The notes beneath the pieces are model-generated. The model saw only the letters and a program-made list of their open reading frames with translations. It made no database searches and had not been told where the DNA came from. A DNA stretch of 63,929 nt, counting the filler, from Octopus bimaculoides (Eukaryota), in NCBI RefSeq assembly GCF_001194135.2. It is 5 parts of 4 records of this genome, joined end to end, with 100 filler letters (N's around TTAATTAATTAA, not from the genome) between each part and the next. Parts side by side here need not be neighbours in the genome. Positions count along the whole stretch, not along the records: positions 16,785 to 37,541 come from NC_068988.1; positions 37,642 to 40,928 come from NC_068989.1; 3 more parts are not named here. One strand, 5' to 3'. Numbering within the stretch: the stretch's first letter is position 1; the number at the start of each line of letters is the position of its first letter. The position numbers were made by a program, and so were the translations under genes. Positions 26,827-38,848 of the stretch are shown piece by piece.

Positions 26827-27236
26827 TATATTATATAATACTAGCTTTTAAGCAACTGCCCCTGAATAAGAAGATCTGTTTGCAGATCTCTGACTTGTTT
26901 TGGAGAATTTGTTGCAATTGTTTCCTCCAGAGTCATATCCCAATGATCATCATATTCGTCACAAAAAATCATGTAAAAAAAGTTGCTGATAACAACCACA
27001 GTAATGAAAACTTGGGAATCCAAAATTTCAGGATTATGGGTCCAGATTTTGCCCGGAATGTTTTTAATTTACACATGGAGTCAGCCTGATTCCAAAATGG
27101 TGATAAGTTGGGCTACGACCTCAAGGAGTAAAGTGGAAAAAGTGTGACACATTGACATTCACATTTATCACATCACATCACATCGCATCGCATCGCATCA
27201 CATCGCATCGCATCACATCACATCACATTACATTAC

Positions 27237-27456
27237 GGCGCCGAGCTGGCAAAATCATTAGCACACCAGGCGAAATGCTCAGTGCTATTTCATCTGCCAT
27301 TAGGTTTTGAGTTCAAATTCTACCAAGGTCGACTTTGCCTTTCCTCCTTTCAAGGTCGATAAAATTAGTACCAGTTATGTACTGGGTTCGATTTAATCAA
27401 CTTAATCCCTACCCCCCAAATTTCAGGCTTTGTGCTTCCAGTAGAAAGGATTTATT
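27237..27456 (+). mobile_element. SINE family A copy preceded by a (CACAT/CGCAT)n array
   Basis: GGCGCCGAGCTGGCAAAATC head, GAGTTCAAATTC, AGTAGAAAGGATT tail. Confidence 0.9.
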
Positions 27457-29289
27457 AAANNNNNNNNNNAAAGGATTTATTAAAGTTGAAAAAGTGTGAC
27501 ACACTGACATTCACATTATTATATTAGATATGTTTAATTTTGGAGAAACTTTATTTCAATTAAAGTGTATTTTATGTGTGTGTGTGTGTGTGAGAGTGTG
27601 TGTATGTATGTATGTATGTATGTATATGTATATATATATATATATATGTATGTATATATATATATATATATATATTAAAAGAAAGCAAAAAATAAAACAA
27701 AAATGATAGTGTTCAGTATGTTGGCGACAGAAATTTCAGTCAAAGAGGCATGGTTAAACAAAGTTGTACATCATCTCTCTCTTTCTTTCACATACCCACT
27801 CTTTCTCTCTCTTTTATTATTCCCACATCCACCATCAACACTACTACTTTTAATAAAGCATCATCAACTCTCCCTAAATTTTTTTGTCTCTCTTTCTCTC
27901 CCTCTCTTTTTCTTTCTCTCTCTCTCTCTGTCTGTCTTCACCATCGTCCTCACTGTCTCTATGCCTACTATTACTCTCACCCCATTATGAGGAATAGTAG
28001 GAGTGTCATTGAATAGTGAGAGAGGGGTTTAAGTGTGACATACAGAAATTAGTTTTTGCATTTATATATTAGATAACTCTTTTGTTTGATCCATCGGCTT
28101 TATGTCTCTAGTTACTTCTTTCTAGAATGATAGTGATGACACTGCCACACAAGTCATTATGAATGACCCCTTATAGTACTCCCTAATTGATCTCTGGTGG
28201 TCCACTTGTTTCTCCCCACCCTCGTATTCGTAATGACTATTCCAATATACAGCTGTTAACATACATAGCTGAAGTTCTTCTTTTGGGTTTACCTTAGTTA
28301 GACCTTCTTTCACTCACAGATTCTTCCCTTCCAGCAACTTTCTATAACTAATTATTGCAGCCATAGACTGTCAGACTAATTATCATGCAGTTAGTAAATA
28401 CTTCCTGAGTTCCCATCTTGCCAAAGTGGACTTCGTCTTTTACTCCTGCATGCTGTGTAGCCCTAGGTCAGCCTTCATCAAACAGACTTATGATCAAAAC
28501 CTTTCTAATCATGACCATTCCATCTTTCATTTTAGGCATAGCATATCTATGCCATTAGGATGTGATTTGAAGGAGACTTGACTGCTATTTCTAAAAGGCT
28601 GATTAGCTACATAGATGCTCCCGTATTAATATGTCAACTAATGTTTTTCTAAAACATCTTAGTATCCCTACATTAAATTATAACAATTCATATGGCTGTA
28701 AATCAATAGTAACAGAGACCAGGTCCCTTCCTTCCTCATACACTGGTCTTGTACCTTGTCAAAATCTATCTCTAATCAGGGCAAGTGTCCAACACAATAA
28801 AATAATGGACTAAATAATTTACTTTATTTACTTTTTTCATTCTCAGAGTTTAAATCTTACTTCAGTTTATCTTGTTTTACCTCTCACTGGGATTAATGAT
28901 ACCAATAATCTACTGGCTCAGTTCTGATTAGTGTTACCCTTGAAACCAATATTCTCATTAAAAAAGCAATAAGTGAGTCTAATTAATTAATTATTTTAAT
29001 TAAATACAATGACTGTGTCGCTGTAAGAGATTAAGTTTTGGTATCTCCAACTAATCAACCAATTGGTATCACAGGTAAAGAATCTTTGATTCTTTTGAAA
29101 TCTAGTTTCAACTCTGACTTTTACCATTGCTCCCCAGGCCAGCTTATTTTGTTAATTCTTACTCCAACTTTGAAACCTATCTTCTAAATGCCATGCCATA
29201 GGAGTGAATCTAAAACCATGTGCTTGCAAAGCTGACTTTTTAACTACACAACCATGTCAATATACATACATACATACATACATACATAC

Positions 29290-30220
29290 ATCATCATCAT
29301 CATCATCGTTTAATGTCCGCTTTTCATGCTAGCATGGGTTGGACGATTTGACTGAGGACTGGTGAACCAGATGGCTACACCAGGCTCCAATCTGATTTGA
29401 CAGAGTTTCTACAGCTGGATGCCCTTCCTAACGCCAACCACTCAGAGAGTGTAGTGGGTGCTTTTACATGTCACCGGCACGAAGGCCAGTCAGGTGGTAC
29501 TAGCAACAGCCACGCTCAAAGTGGTGTATTTTACGTGCTACCTGCACAGGAGCCAGTCTAGCGGCACTGGCAACGATCTCGCTCAAATGACTTTTCACAT
29601 GCCACCGGCACAAGTGCCAGGAAGGCGATGCTGGTAATGATCAAGCTCGAACGGTGGTGCCATCACGATTTCGCTTTCGCATGCCCCAACAGGTCTTTGC
29701 AAGCCAAGTTTAGTGTCCAATGAAGGAGACGTTGGCATAGGAGCCAGTCGTCGAATTTTGTTCGATTTCAATTTCACTTGCCTCAACAGGTCTTCGCAAG
29801 CGGAGTTTAGTATCCAATGAAGGAATGGTATGCATAAGTGGGCTGGCTACATCTCAGGCAGAGGCCTTGGATTTTGGTCTCACTGGGCTTGCTGGGTCTT
29901 CTCATGCAGTGCATATTTCCAAAGGTCTCGATCACTAGTCATTACTTTGGTGAGGCCTAATGTTCGAAGATCGTGCCTCACCACCTCATCCCAGGTCTTC
30001 CTGGGCCTACCTCTTTCACAGGTTCCCTCCACTGCTAGGGTGTGGCACTTTTTCATACAGCTATCCTCATCCACTCTTGCCACATGACCATACCAGCGCA
30101 ATTGTCTCTCTTGCACACCACAACTGATGCTTCTTAGGTCCAACTTTTCTCTCAAGGTACTTACACTCTGTCAAGTATGCACACTGACATTACACATCCA
30201 TCAGAGCATACTGGCTTCAT
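29290..30220 (-). mobile_element. RTE-clade LINE 3' end (ORF C-terminus plus UTR, (GAT)n tail)
   Basis: LRWYGHVARVDEDSCMKKC...GRPRKTWDEVVRHDL; tail TAAACGATGATGATG on the minus strand. Confidence 0.9.
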
Positions 30221-30327
30221 NNNNNNNNNNTATAATTGATTAACTAAGTGTTAATAATTTCTTCAAGTGAGGAGGGTCGTAGACGGCAGAATTAGTTGTG
30301 AGATGAAATTGCACATCGATTAACTTT

Positions 30328-30437
30328 ACGCATGTCCTCAGCAGTCACGGCCCATGTTTCACTGCCGTGTAGCATGGCTGTTCGTACACATGCGTCATAC
30401 AGTCTGCCTTTTACTCTGAGAGAGAGACCCTTTGTCT

Positions 30438-30440
<3 letters not shown>
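30328..30440 (-). mobile_element. RTE LINE fragment (post-RT)
   Basis: TKGLSLRVKGRLYDACVRTAMLHGSETWAVTAEDM. Confidence 0.85.
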
Positions 30441-30476
<36 letters not shown>

Positions 30477-30496
30477 GAAAAATAAAAGAAAGTTAA

Positions 30497-30752
30497 GAGG
30501 TATGAGATGTATATATTTTTTGAGCCAAAGAATAGATGTAATCATGATATTCTATGATCTGAAGAGCTAGTGTTCTTGTATTACCTTGTAAATTGTACAA
30601 TAGGAGTATATAATTTATAACATATTCACTAATACAGACATATAAAACAATTTATTATACACTAAAATAAATTTTTGCATGATGTTGGTTACGAGACGAT
30701 TGTAATCTTATGGGTGTCAACTGGTGAAATAAATATATGCATCTCATACCTC
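30497..30752. mobile_element. MITE-like 256-bp element with 22-bp TIRs
   Basis: GAGGTATGAGATGTATATATTT (30497-30518) vs AAATATATGCATCTCATACCTC (30731-30752), 21/22 complementary; no clear TSD. Confidence 0.55.
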
Positions 30753-31132
30753 CTGACTTCCTTTTTATCTTATATACTCTTGATGAAATAATCATCACTT
30801 ATTAGATTTACAGGGTCTCAACTGCAAAAGGTTAGACATTACACCTCTCTGTATTGGTTTATTATGTGGTTTGTAGCCTAGTTCACTAAAGGAGTTTTTT
30901 TTTTTTGTGAGTACCACTGGATTAGTTAAATCCATATATTGTGCATTAAATATACATTGAGAATTTGTATTTAACAAAGATTTTCTTTCACCTGACAATG
31001 TAGCTCAAATTCTGCATTACTTAGAACAAATTTTTTGCATTTTGCATTACTGCAGACATTTAAGTAATTTATTTATTATTAGATATGATAATATAAATTA
31101 TTTGGATGTTTTTGAGTTATGGAACAATTTGT

Positions 31133-32374
31133 GCATCTCATCTAAACTGACTCTCTCCCTGATTTGTTGGGCTATGACCCGCTCAGTGACCATCATTACC
31201 TGGTCCAACAACTTGATACCTCTGTAATTGTTTGTGTCTAAAGCGTCACATTTACCTTTGTAGCAGTTGACTATGGTGCTGCTACACCAGTCATTGGGTA
31301 TGACTCCTTCGTGTATCACCTGGTTCGCAATACGGGTGACTAGGCTATAGCCGACACTGCCAGATATTTTGATCATCTCTGCAGTGATTCCTGATGGGTC
31401 GGGGGCTTTCCCTGTCTTCATACTCTTGATTGCTTTATCTACCAAAGTACTGTCAATTAGGATAGCTGGTCCCTCTGTTGGATCGATATGTAGCAAACTC
31501 TCTTCCTCCCATTCATTCTCTTTATTAAGCAGCCTTTCATAGTGGCGTCTCCAAACCTCTCTCTTTGGAGCCTCATTTAGTGCAAGTGAGCCATCATCCA
31601 AGCGGACACATTTCTCTCCTACGACATCATGATTCTCTCTCACACACTGTCTTGCAACACGAAATACTTCAAGTCTTTGGTCCTTTCTTCCAGTCCTTCC
31701 AAGCCTGCTTCTTTTGTCTAATAGCCCTGTCAACCACATTGTTCCACCACCACATTACTTTGGGTCGAGAGGGGACTTTGTACCAGCCACAGATCTGGTC
31801 GGTGGTTCTCAGCGGGTTGCCCCATAGAAACCTCCAATTGTCTTACACGTTGTGTGATGCTATATCCCCTTCTATTTCGTCAAATGCTTCAAGTAAGACA
31901 TTTCTAAATCTCTGTCCATTTGCAGGATCTTTAAGCTTCCAAACCCTTCTACTCCAAGCTGGTCTACTTCTGAGCAACCATTTAGCCTTGATCCCGAAGT
32001 CGCTAACTACTAATCTGTGTGGAGGGGTACATTCTTTGCCTGGGAAGGTTTTGGCATTTATAAGCCATCCTCTTTCCCTATTTCTGGCGATGATGAAGTC
32101 GATTTGGCTAGTGTGTCTGCCGGAACGGTAGGTGACTAGGTGACAGGCTGGTTTCCTGAAGTTGGTATTGTAAACCATAAGATCATTTGCCTCACAGAAC
32201 TCCAGCAGTCTGGTTCCCTCCTCATTGCAGGAACCGAAGCCATAGCCTCCATGTATGCCATGGAAGCCCCTTACATGTTGTCCAACATGACCATTGAAAT
32301 CACCAGCCACAAAGAGAAGGTCCCTGACATTCCTCAATGAGGTAGTTTGCAACAGGGTGTCATAGAATTGGTCT

Positions 32375-32378
<4 letters not shown>
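31133..32378 (-). mobile_element. RTE-clade LINE: APE endonuclease C-half, linker and start of RT, frameshifted
   Basis: LFVAGDFNGHVG, NEEGTRLLEFC, NTNFRK, SQIDFII (APE); KAPDPSGITAEMIK, IPNDWCSSTIVNCYKGK, NYRGIKLL (RT start). Confidence 0.92.
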
Positions 32379-32421
<43 letters not shown>

Positions 32422-34004
32422 GTTGAAATTTATAGAAAAGCAAAAGATGAAGACAGGTGTATGAACAACAAGCAGGTGTATTAGTTTGACTCTCAGGAAA
32501 ATGTAAAAGTCTTTTATCTTTTGACCCACGCTCTTCAACAGAAGGGAATAAAAGAAAATAAACAGAGACAATGAAAAACATACGGAGTATGAAAGTTCAA
32601 GAAGTTCAAAAGTCATGGAGAGAAGAAAGAAGGAGAAAAGGAGAGAAGAGAAGAGATGGAGTATGAAAGCTCAGAAAGTCCCAAAAAGTTCAGAAGTCGT
32701 GGTCATACACACACACACACACACACACATCAAGAAAAGCAGTTGAAAATACGCCTTAAGAATGTTTTATTTTTGAACTAGCTCGCCTCATGCCATAAAA
32801 AATGATGGCTAATTGTAGTATTTGATATGTAGATAGGGTACAAAATAAGGAACATAAGGAACATTCACATACTTCCCTTGTAAATGCACATTCATATGCT
32901 CATATACTCAAATACTCAAACTGAGTTGAAATGCTGTTTGATTTTTCTTTTACAGTGCTGAACGTTTACCATCCCCTTTCCATTGCACACACACACACAC
33001 GCATTCACATACCTCCTTTTACATACACATACATATACTCACACAGAATTGAAACACTGATTCTTTTCACCTCTTCCTTCATTATTCATCTACCACCCCT
33101 TCCTTTCTCTCATTGCTATTACTTTCTTTCACTCTCTCTCAGTCAGGGCTATTACTCTCACTACTTCTCCTTCACTGAATTACTATTTTCTCTCCTTTCC
33201 CTTCACTTATACTACTCTTTCTCCTACTCCATGATTTTGGACAAATATATATATATATANNNNNNNNNNNNNNNNNNNNNNNNNNNNNNNNNNNNNNNNN
33301 NNNNNNNNNNNNNNNNNNNNNNNNNNNNNNNNNNNNNNNNNNNNNNNNNNNNNNNNNNNNNNNNNNNNNNNNNNNNNNNNNNNNNNNNNNNNNNNNNNNN
33401 NNNNNNNNNNNNNNNNNNNNNNNNNNNNNNNNNNNNNNNNNNNNNNNNNNNNNNNNNNNNNNNNNNNNNNNNNNNNNNNNNNNNNNNNNNNNNNNNNNNN
33501 NNNNNNNNNNNNNNNNNNNNNNNNNNNNNNNNNNNNNNNNNNNNNNNNNNNNNNNNNNNNNNNNNNNNNNNNNNNNNNNNNNNNNNNNNNNNNNNNNNNN
33601 NNNNNNNNNNNNNNNNNNNNNNNNNNNNNNNNNNNNNNNNNNNNNNNNNNNNNNNNNNNNNNNNNNNNNNNNNNNNNNNNNNNNNNNNNNNNNNNNNNNN
33701 NNNNNNNNNNNNNNNNNNNNNNNNNNNNNNNNNNNNNNNNNNNNNNNNNNNNNNNNNNNNNNNNNNNNNNNNNNNNNNNNNNNNNNNNNNNNNNNNNNNN
33801 NNNNNNNNNNNNNNNNNNNNNNNNNNNNNNNNNNNNNNNNNNNNNNNNNNNNNNNNNNNNNNNNNNNNNNNNNNNNNNNNNNNNNNNNNNNNNNNNNNNN
33901 NNNNNNNNNNNNNNNNNNNNNNNNNNNNNNNNNNNNNNNNNNNNNNNNNNNNNNNNNNNNNNNNNNNNNNNNNNNNNNNNNNNNNNNNNNNNNNNNNNNN
34001 NNNN

Positions 34005-34047
<43 letters not shown>

Positions 34048-34892
34048 TATAAAAGCAGCGTTGTGGGTACATGGTAGTAAATTTTCTTCCCAGCCACATG
34101 GTTCTGCATTTGGGACCACTGTGTGGTGTCTTTTAATATAGCCCAAGGGAAACCAAAGCCTTGTAAGTGGATTTAGTAGATGGAAGCTGAAACAAACCTG
34201 TCATATATATATGTGTCTATGTGTGTGTGAGTGTGTGTACGTGTTTCCTCATCCTGACAACACATGATAATTGTAAAATGATTATCACAGTCATACAAGT
34301 AATGTCATTCATTTCCAATATTCTGCAAAAACCTATTTGGCTGTGGCAAAATATTACCTTGCTTGGAAACAAGTGAGAGTTGGTGATGGGAAGCGTATCT
34401 GGCTGTAGAAAGTCTGTCTCACTAAACTCTGTCTGACCCATGCAAGCATGGAAAAATGAATGATGGATGTTAAAATGATGATGATGATGATGATGGTGAT
34501 AGATATAACAATTTAAAAAAAAAATTATCCATTCACAACAACATACACTACACAGTTGAATACCTGACTGATGTATTCTGTTGTCTACATTTGTCTTTTC
34601 TATTACTATAACCACACACCACACCCATTTCTCTTCTGAACTTGTCAACTCCGTCTACATCTATTTGATATGCTCACTTTCCATCTCCTACTGTATTTCC
34701 CTTCCCTAAAACCTATACCTTATTATCCTGTCCCCAATTTAACACTGGTCATATTTTCTGTTGAAACAAAACTACACAATTTCAAACTTAGCCTCAGCTA
34801 TTTCTGTGCCATCAGTCTATCACAAAGGATGCTGCCTAAAACACTAGACTGTACCTCTTCCTCAAGGCAAACCTTGACTAGTTGATTTAACT

Positions 34893-35141
34893 CGGTAGTT
34901 TTCAACCACTTTTTGCCTATGGACCCCTTTGATTCCTATTTTACTCTACTGGACTTTTATAGCCATTCCATGTTTCAAAAAATCCCATTATATTTTTACA
35001 ATTATTTGGAATTGTATAAGAAAATTTGTTAAGATATTTTGTGTATTATAGAAGTATAATCAATTTATTGCACATAAACTTTAACAACAGAATCTTATAT
35101 GGACACCTAAGGGTCATATGGATTCCGGTTGAGGAGCACTG
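34893..35141. mobile_element. hAT-like MITE, degenerate
   Basis: Termini CGGTAGTTTTCAACC / GGTTGAGGAGCACTG resemble CAGTGGTTCTCAACC TIRs; 8-bp TSD not evident. Confidence 0.4.
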
Positions 35142-35337
35142 ACTGAAACCACAGCTCAGTTTAATACCCCCACCTGGTTCTTAGGTGCTTTTGCAAAAGA
35201 CGAGGTTTCTCAGTCAGAGGTTAACTTCCCAGCAGTGTCATAGACTCTGAATAAGAAAAAATTAAGGACATGCCCTTCCTTTTCTGATAAAATGATGAAA
35301 AATTAAACTAATGATAATTACTTTCTAAGATATCTTT

Positions 35338-35450
35338 TATAATTGATTAACGAAGTGTTAATAATTTCTTCGAGTGAGGAGGGTCGTAAACGGCAGAATT
35401 AGTTAGAGACCTTTTTGTTGTGAGATGAAATTGCACATCAATTAACTTTA
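35338..35450. repeat. Unclassified repeat also present at 30231-30327
   Basis: TATAATTGATTAAC...GTGAGGAGGGTCGTA...GTGAGATGAAATTGCACATC..TTAACTTTAC is shared. Confidence 0.85.
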
Positions 35451-35774
35451 CCACTTCTGTACCAGTACCAGTTAAATACTGCGATGATCGTCCCTCAAAT
35501 GTGTCACTTTGTCACAATAAATGAAGTTACGTACAAGAGGAAGGTGATAAAAATCCAGTGATAATTTAATAGGAATTTTTTTCCTTCAACTAATCGGTAA
35601 TTTTTAATTCATTGAGAATTGTAATCTTGTACATCATCCTTAATTCATGTCTTTGAGTTATTTCCCTTATTCATTTATTTATTTAAAATCAGAAATAATT
35701 CCATTAATAAAGGTAAGTGCGAGGGGAGATTACTAAGTTTTAACCATGTTTTCGCTTTGTTAAATTATTGGCAG

Positions 35775-36240
35775 ACTGCTTTCGAATGAACCCATTAGTT
35801 TATTTCCCAAATACAAACGTGTGTATAGTTATAAGATACCCGAAGGGATTGGAAATGAAAGTTAGATGCTTTTCTGCCCTTTCTCTTCTTCGTCTCCCGT
35901 ACCCCTCTGCTCTACAAAGAGTGAATAACTTGTTAAGGATGTCCTGTAGCTTTGCTGGTGGTTGGCGTTCCTCTCTACTGACTCTCTTTTACTGCTTCAC
36001 GAGGGTCATCAATTCCTGCCAAAGTTGTATCCTGGTGGCTCCGCAATTTTCGTTGAAGTGTTTCTTGTTATCTTCTATTTCCATGCAAGGCTTTTTGCTA
36101 TCTCCTACTTCCGTGCAACTGAATCCGGCAGATGCATTGCTAACAATGATTGTTATCATTTGGTGTTGACTGTAAGATCTTGCACACATCTTCAAACTGC
36201 TGCCACTCATTCTTGTCGTTTGTAGAGTCTCGTTTTGAGT
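35775..36240 (-). mobile_element. HERO/NeSL-like REL non-LTR retrotransposon fragment (pre-RT region)
   Basis: NDKNEWQQFED...EERQPPAKLQDILNKLFTLCRAEGYGRRRRERAEKHLTFISNPFGY resembles the RAE..RRRR.ER...FI.NPF motif; multiple stops. Confidence 0.55.
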
Positions 36241-36803
36241 TGTTCAATATTTAAAACTTCCACCATAATTCTATGTAAGAAACTTTTGTTGAGTTCCAAA
36301 CACCAACTTAATGAAGTAGTTTTACGAAATCACTTCAAATTATTATTTAAAAAATTAGTAAAGATAATGTATTTCACATTCAGTAGCTGACTTAGTAGAA
36401 GCCCACACGATTACTCACCATCTTTCTCACATTATCTCTTCTGCCTGTGGACATGTTTATAAAAAGAAGAAAGCTACAACTCCCAAACTTTTTTCATACT
36501 CAGAATTGTTGAAGCATGAAACAAGCTACCTGCATTTGTTGTTGACTCTCAGGACACTGGATTCTTCAAAGACTCCAATATTACTCCTGCAACACCTGTG
36601 CACCCTTTCATCTTTACGTTGCTCTTACTGTTCAATTTTCTGTCTTTTTGAATTTTATTCTATGTACTTTTGGTTATCATTGCTGTCTTTTTTTTTTACT
36701 TGACTTGATTCTGCTTTCTGTCTCCTCTTTTACTCTTTTCCTATAAGTTGTAGAACACCTGAGCATTGTATACAATAAGGTCATCATCATCATCATCATC
36801 ATA

Positions 36804-37541
36804 GTGTCAAGTTGACAGAATTGTCAGCATACTGGGCAAAATGCTTGGTGGCATTTTGTCTGACTTTACGTTCTGAGTTCAAATGCTGCCAGGGTCAACT
36901 TTGCCTTTTATCCTTTCTGGATCAATAAAATAAGTACCAGTTGAGCACTGAGGTCAATGTTATTGACTTAGCCCCTCCCCTGAACTTGCTGGTTTTGTGC
37001 CAAAATTCAAAATCATTATTATTATTATTACTGGATAAAATGGTTAGCAGCATTTCGTCCATCCTGAGTTCAAATTCCACCGAGGCTGGCTTTGCCTTTC
37101 ATCCTTTCAGAGTCAATAAAATAAGTACCAGTTAAACACTGGGGTTGATGTAATTGACTAGCCCCTCCCCTCAAATTTTAGGCCTTGTGCCTATAGTAGA
37201 AAGGATTATTATTATTGTGGTGTTATGGGCTGTGATGAGCTGTGTGTTGTGGTGGAGAGAGGTGAGGCAAACAGAGGTGAAGCCAGACCGGAAGGGTCAG
37301 ATCGGAAGTCGGCGACACGCGGTCGAAGGCTAGCACGTGGAGTCAGTGAGAAAACAGAGAGGTTATGAGGAAGACGTGTTCTGATCAGGAGCGATCGTGT
37401 ACTCCGCTGCGGTCGACAAGGTAAGGTCCAACGTCACAGCCCATAACACCACAATTATTATTAAGGTGATGAGCTAGCAGAACGGTCAGTACACTGGACA
37501 AAATGCCTTGCAGCATTTCTTCTGGATTTATGCTCTGAATT
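36804..37541 (+). mobile_element. Cluster of three SINE family A copies (36804-37015, 37035-37205, head at 37465-37541)
   Basis: Family A core and tails; separated by (ATT)n. Confidence 0.85.
37216..37453. mobile_element. 238-bp TG...CA element with perfect 20-bp TIRs (Ginger-like MITE or solo-LTR-like)
   Basis: TGTGGTGTTATGGGCTGTGA / TCACAGCCCATAACACCACA; ATTAT on both flanks (possible 5-bp TSD, ambiguous within ATT). Confidence 0.75.
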
Positions 37542-37641
37542 NNNNNNNNNNNNNNNNNNNNNNNNNNNNNNNNNNNNNNNNNNNNTTAATTAATTAANNN
37601 NNNNNNNNNNNNNNNNNNNNNNNNNNNNNNNNNNNNNNNNN

Positions 37642-37691
<50 letters not shown>

Positions 37692-37911
37692 TGTGTATGT
37701 GTGTGTGTGTGTGTGTGTGTGTTATTAGTTTCTTTGCATCATTGTCTCCATACCTGCTCGCCTGGATTCCTCTTCCAATCACTTTTCATCCGGCAGACTT
37801 AGTTCACGATAAAGATTTCGCAGTGTTAAGTTCAAATCATTTAAGCACCACTGTTTCCTATATTGAGCATCTCTGGATCTCACTCTTTCACTCTCTCTCT
37901 CTCTCTCTCTC

Positions 37912-37998
<87 letters not shown>

Positions 37999-38149
37999 TT
38001 GTCATGTGTGTGTGTGTCTGTACATATATATACATATTTATACGTATATATACATACATACCTACATACATATATATATCTATATATATATATATATTTA
38101 ATTATATGTATTTATTTTATCCTAATTAATAATAATTCGGATAGAATAA

Positions 38150-38485
38150 ATGGGTTAATAGAAACCAGGGTAGCAAAGATCACAAAATAACTGTGGTGTA
38201 ACTCCTGTTTGTGAGGCAGAAACTCCTTGATATTTTGGGTATTTGAGTATATATAAATTTAAGGAATGGAGTAAACGCATGTTATAACTGCATACTTTAT
38301 TTCGACATATGTTTCGAAGAATTACAATTTATGCGATCCAAAGGAATCGTCGATGTTAAAAATGTAAACTTCTCCTCAGGGAAATGTATGGGAACCATCT
38401 TAAACTTAAGACATTATGACCGAGTATGAAAACTATAGTTGGATAAGGTTATAACGTAATTCATTTGAAAAAACCGTTAGGGATG
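38150..38485 (-). mobile_element. Hammerhead-bearing repeat (Penelope pLTR/retrozyme-like), family HH1; paralog of 61495-61850
   Basis: Shares ACCAGGGTAGCAAA, GTAGAAACTCC/GCAGAAACTCC, ATGGAGT(T)AAACGCA and AAACGTTAG/AACCGTTAG with the 61.5-kb copy; contains a hammerhead core followed by AATAAA. Confidence 0.7.
38299..38385 (-). ncRNA. Type I hammerhead ribozyme motif (minimal, palindromic stem III)
   Basis: Minus strand: AUUUCC-CUGAGGA-GAAG...CUUC-GAAAC-AUAU-GUC^GAAAU. Intact core, G10.1-C11.1, stem III palindrome ACAUAUGU, stem I 5 bp with a one-base bulge. Confidence 0.8.
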
Positions 38486-38848
38486 NNNNNNNNNNNNNNN
38501 NNNNNNNNNNNNNNNNNNNNNNNNNNNNNNNNNNNNNNNNNNNNNNNNNNNNNNNNNNNNNNNNNNNNNNNNNNNNNNNNNNNNNNNNNNNNNNNNNNNN
38601 NNNNNNNNNNNNNNNNNNNNNNNNNNNNNNNNNNNNNNNNNNNNNNNNNNNNNNNNNNNNNNNNNNNNNNNNNNNNNNNNNNNNNNNNNNNNNNNNNNNN
38701 NNNNNNNNNNNNNNNNNNNNNNNNNNNNNNNNNNNNNNNNNNNNNNNNNNNNNNNNAAAAAAATTTATATCATCCCATCTACTCCCAAATCTACACTCTG
38801 AATTTTCCTTCTCTCTCTCTCTCTCTTCCCTTTTTTTTTTTTCTCTTT

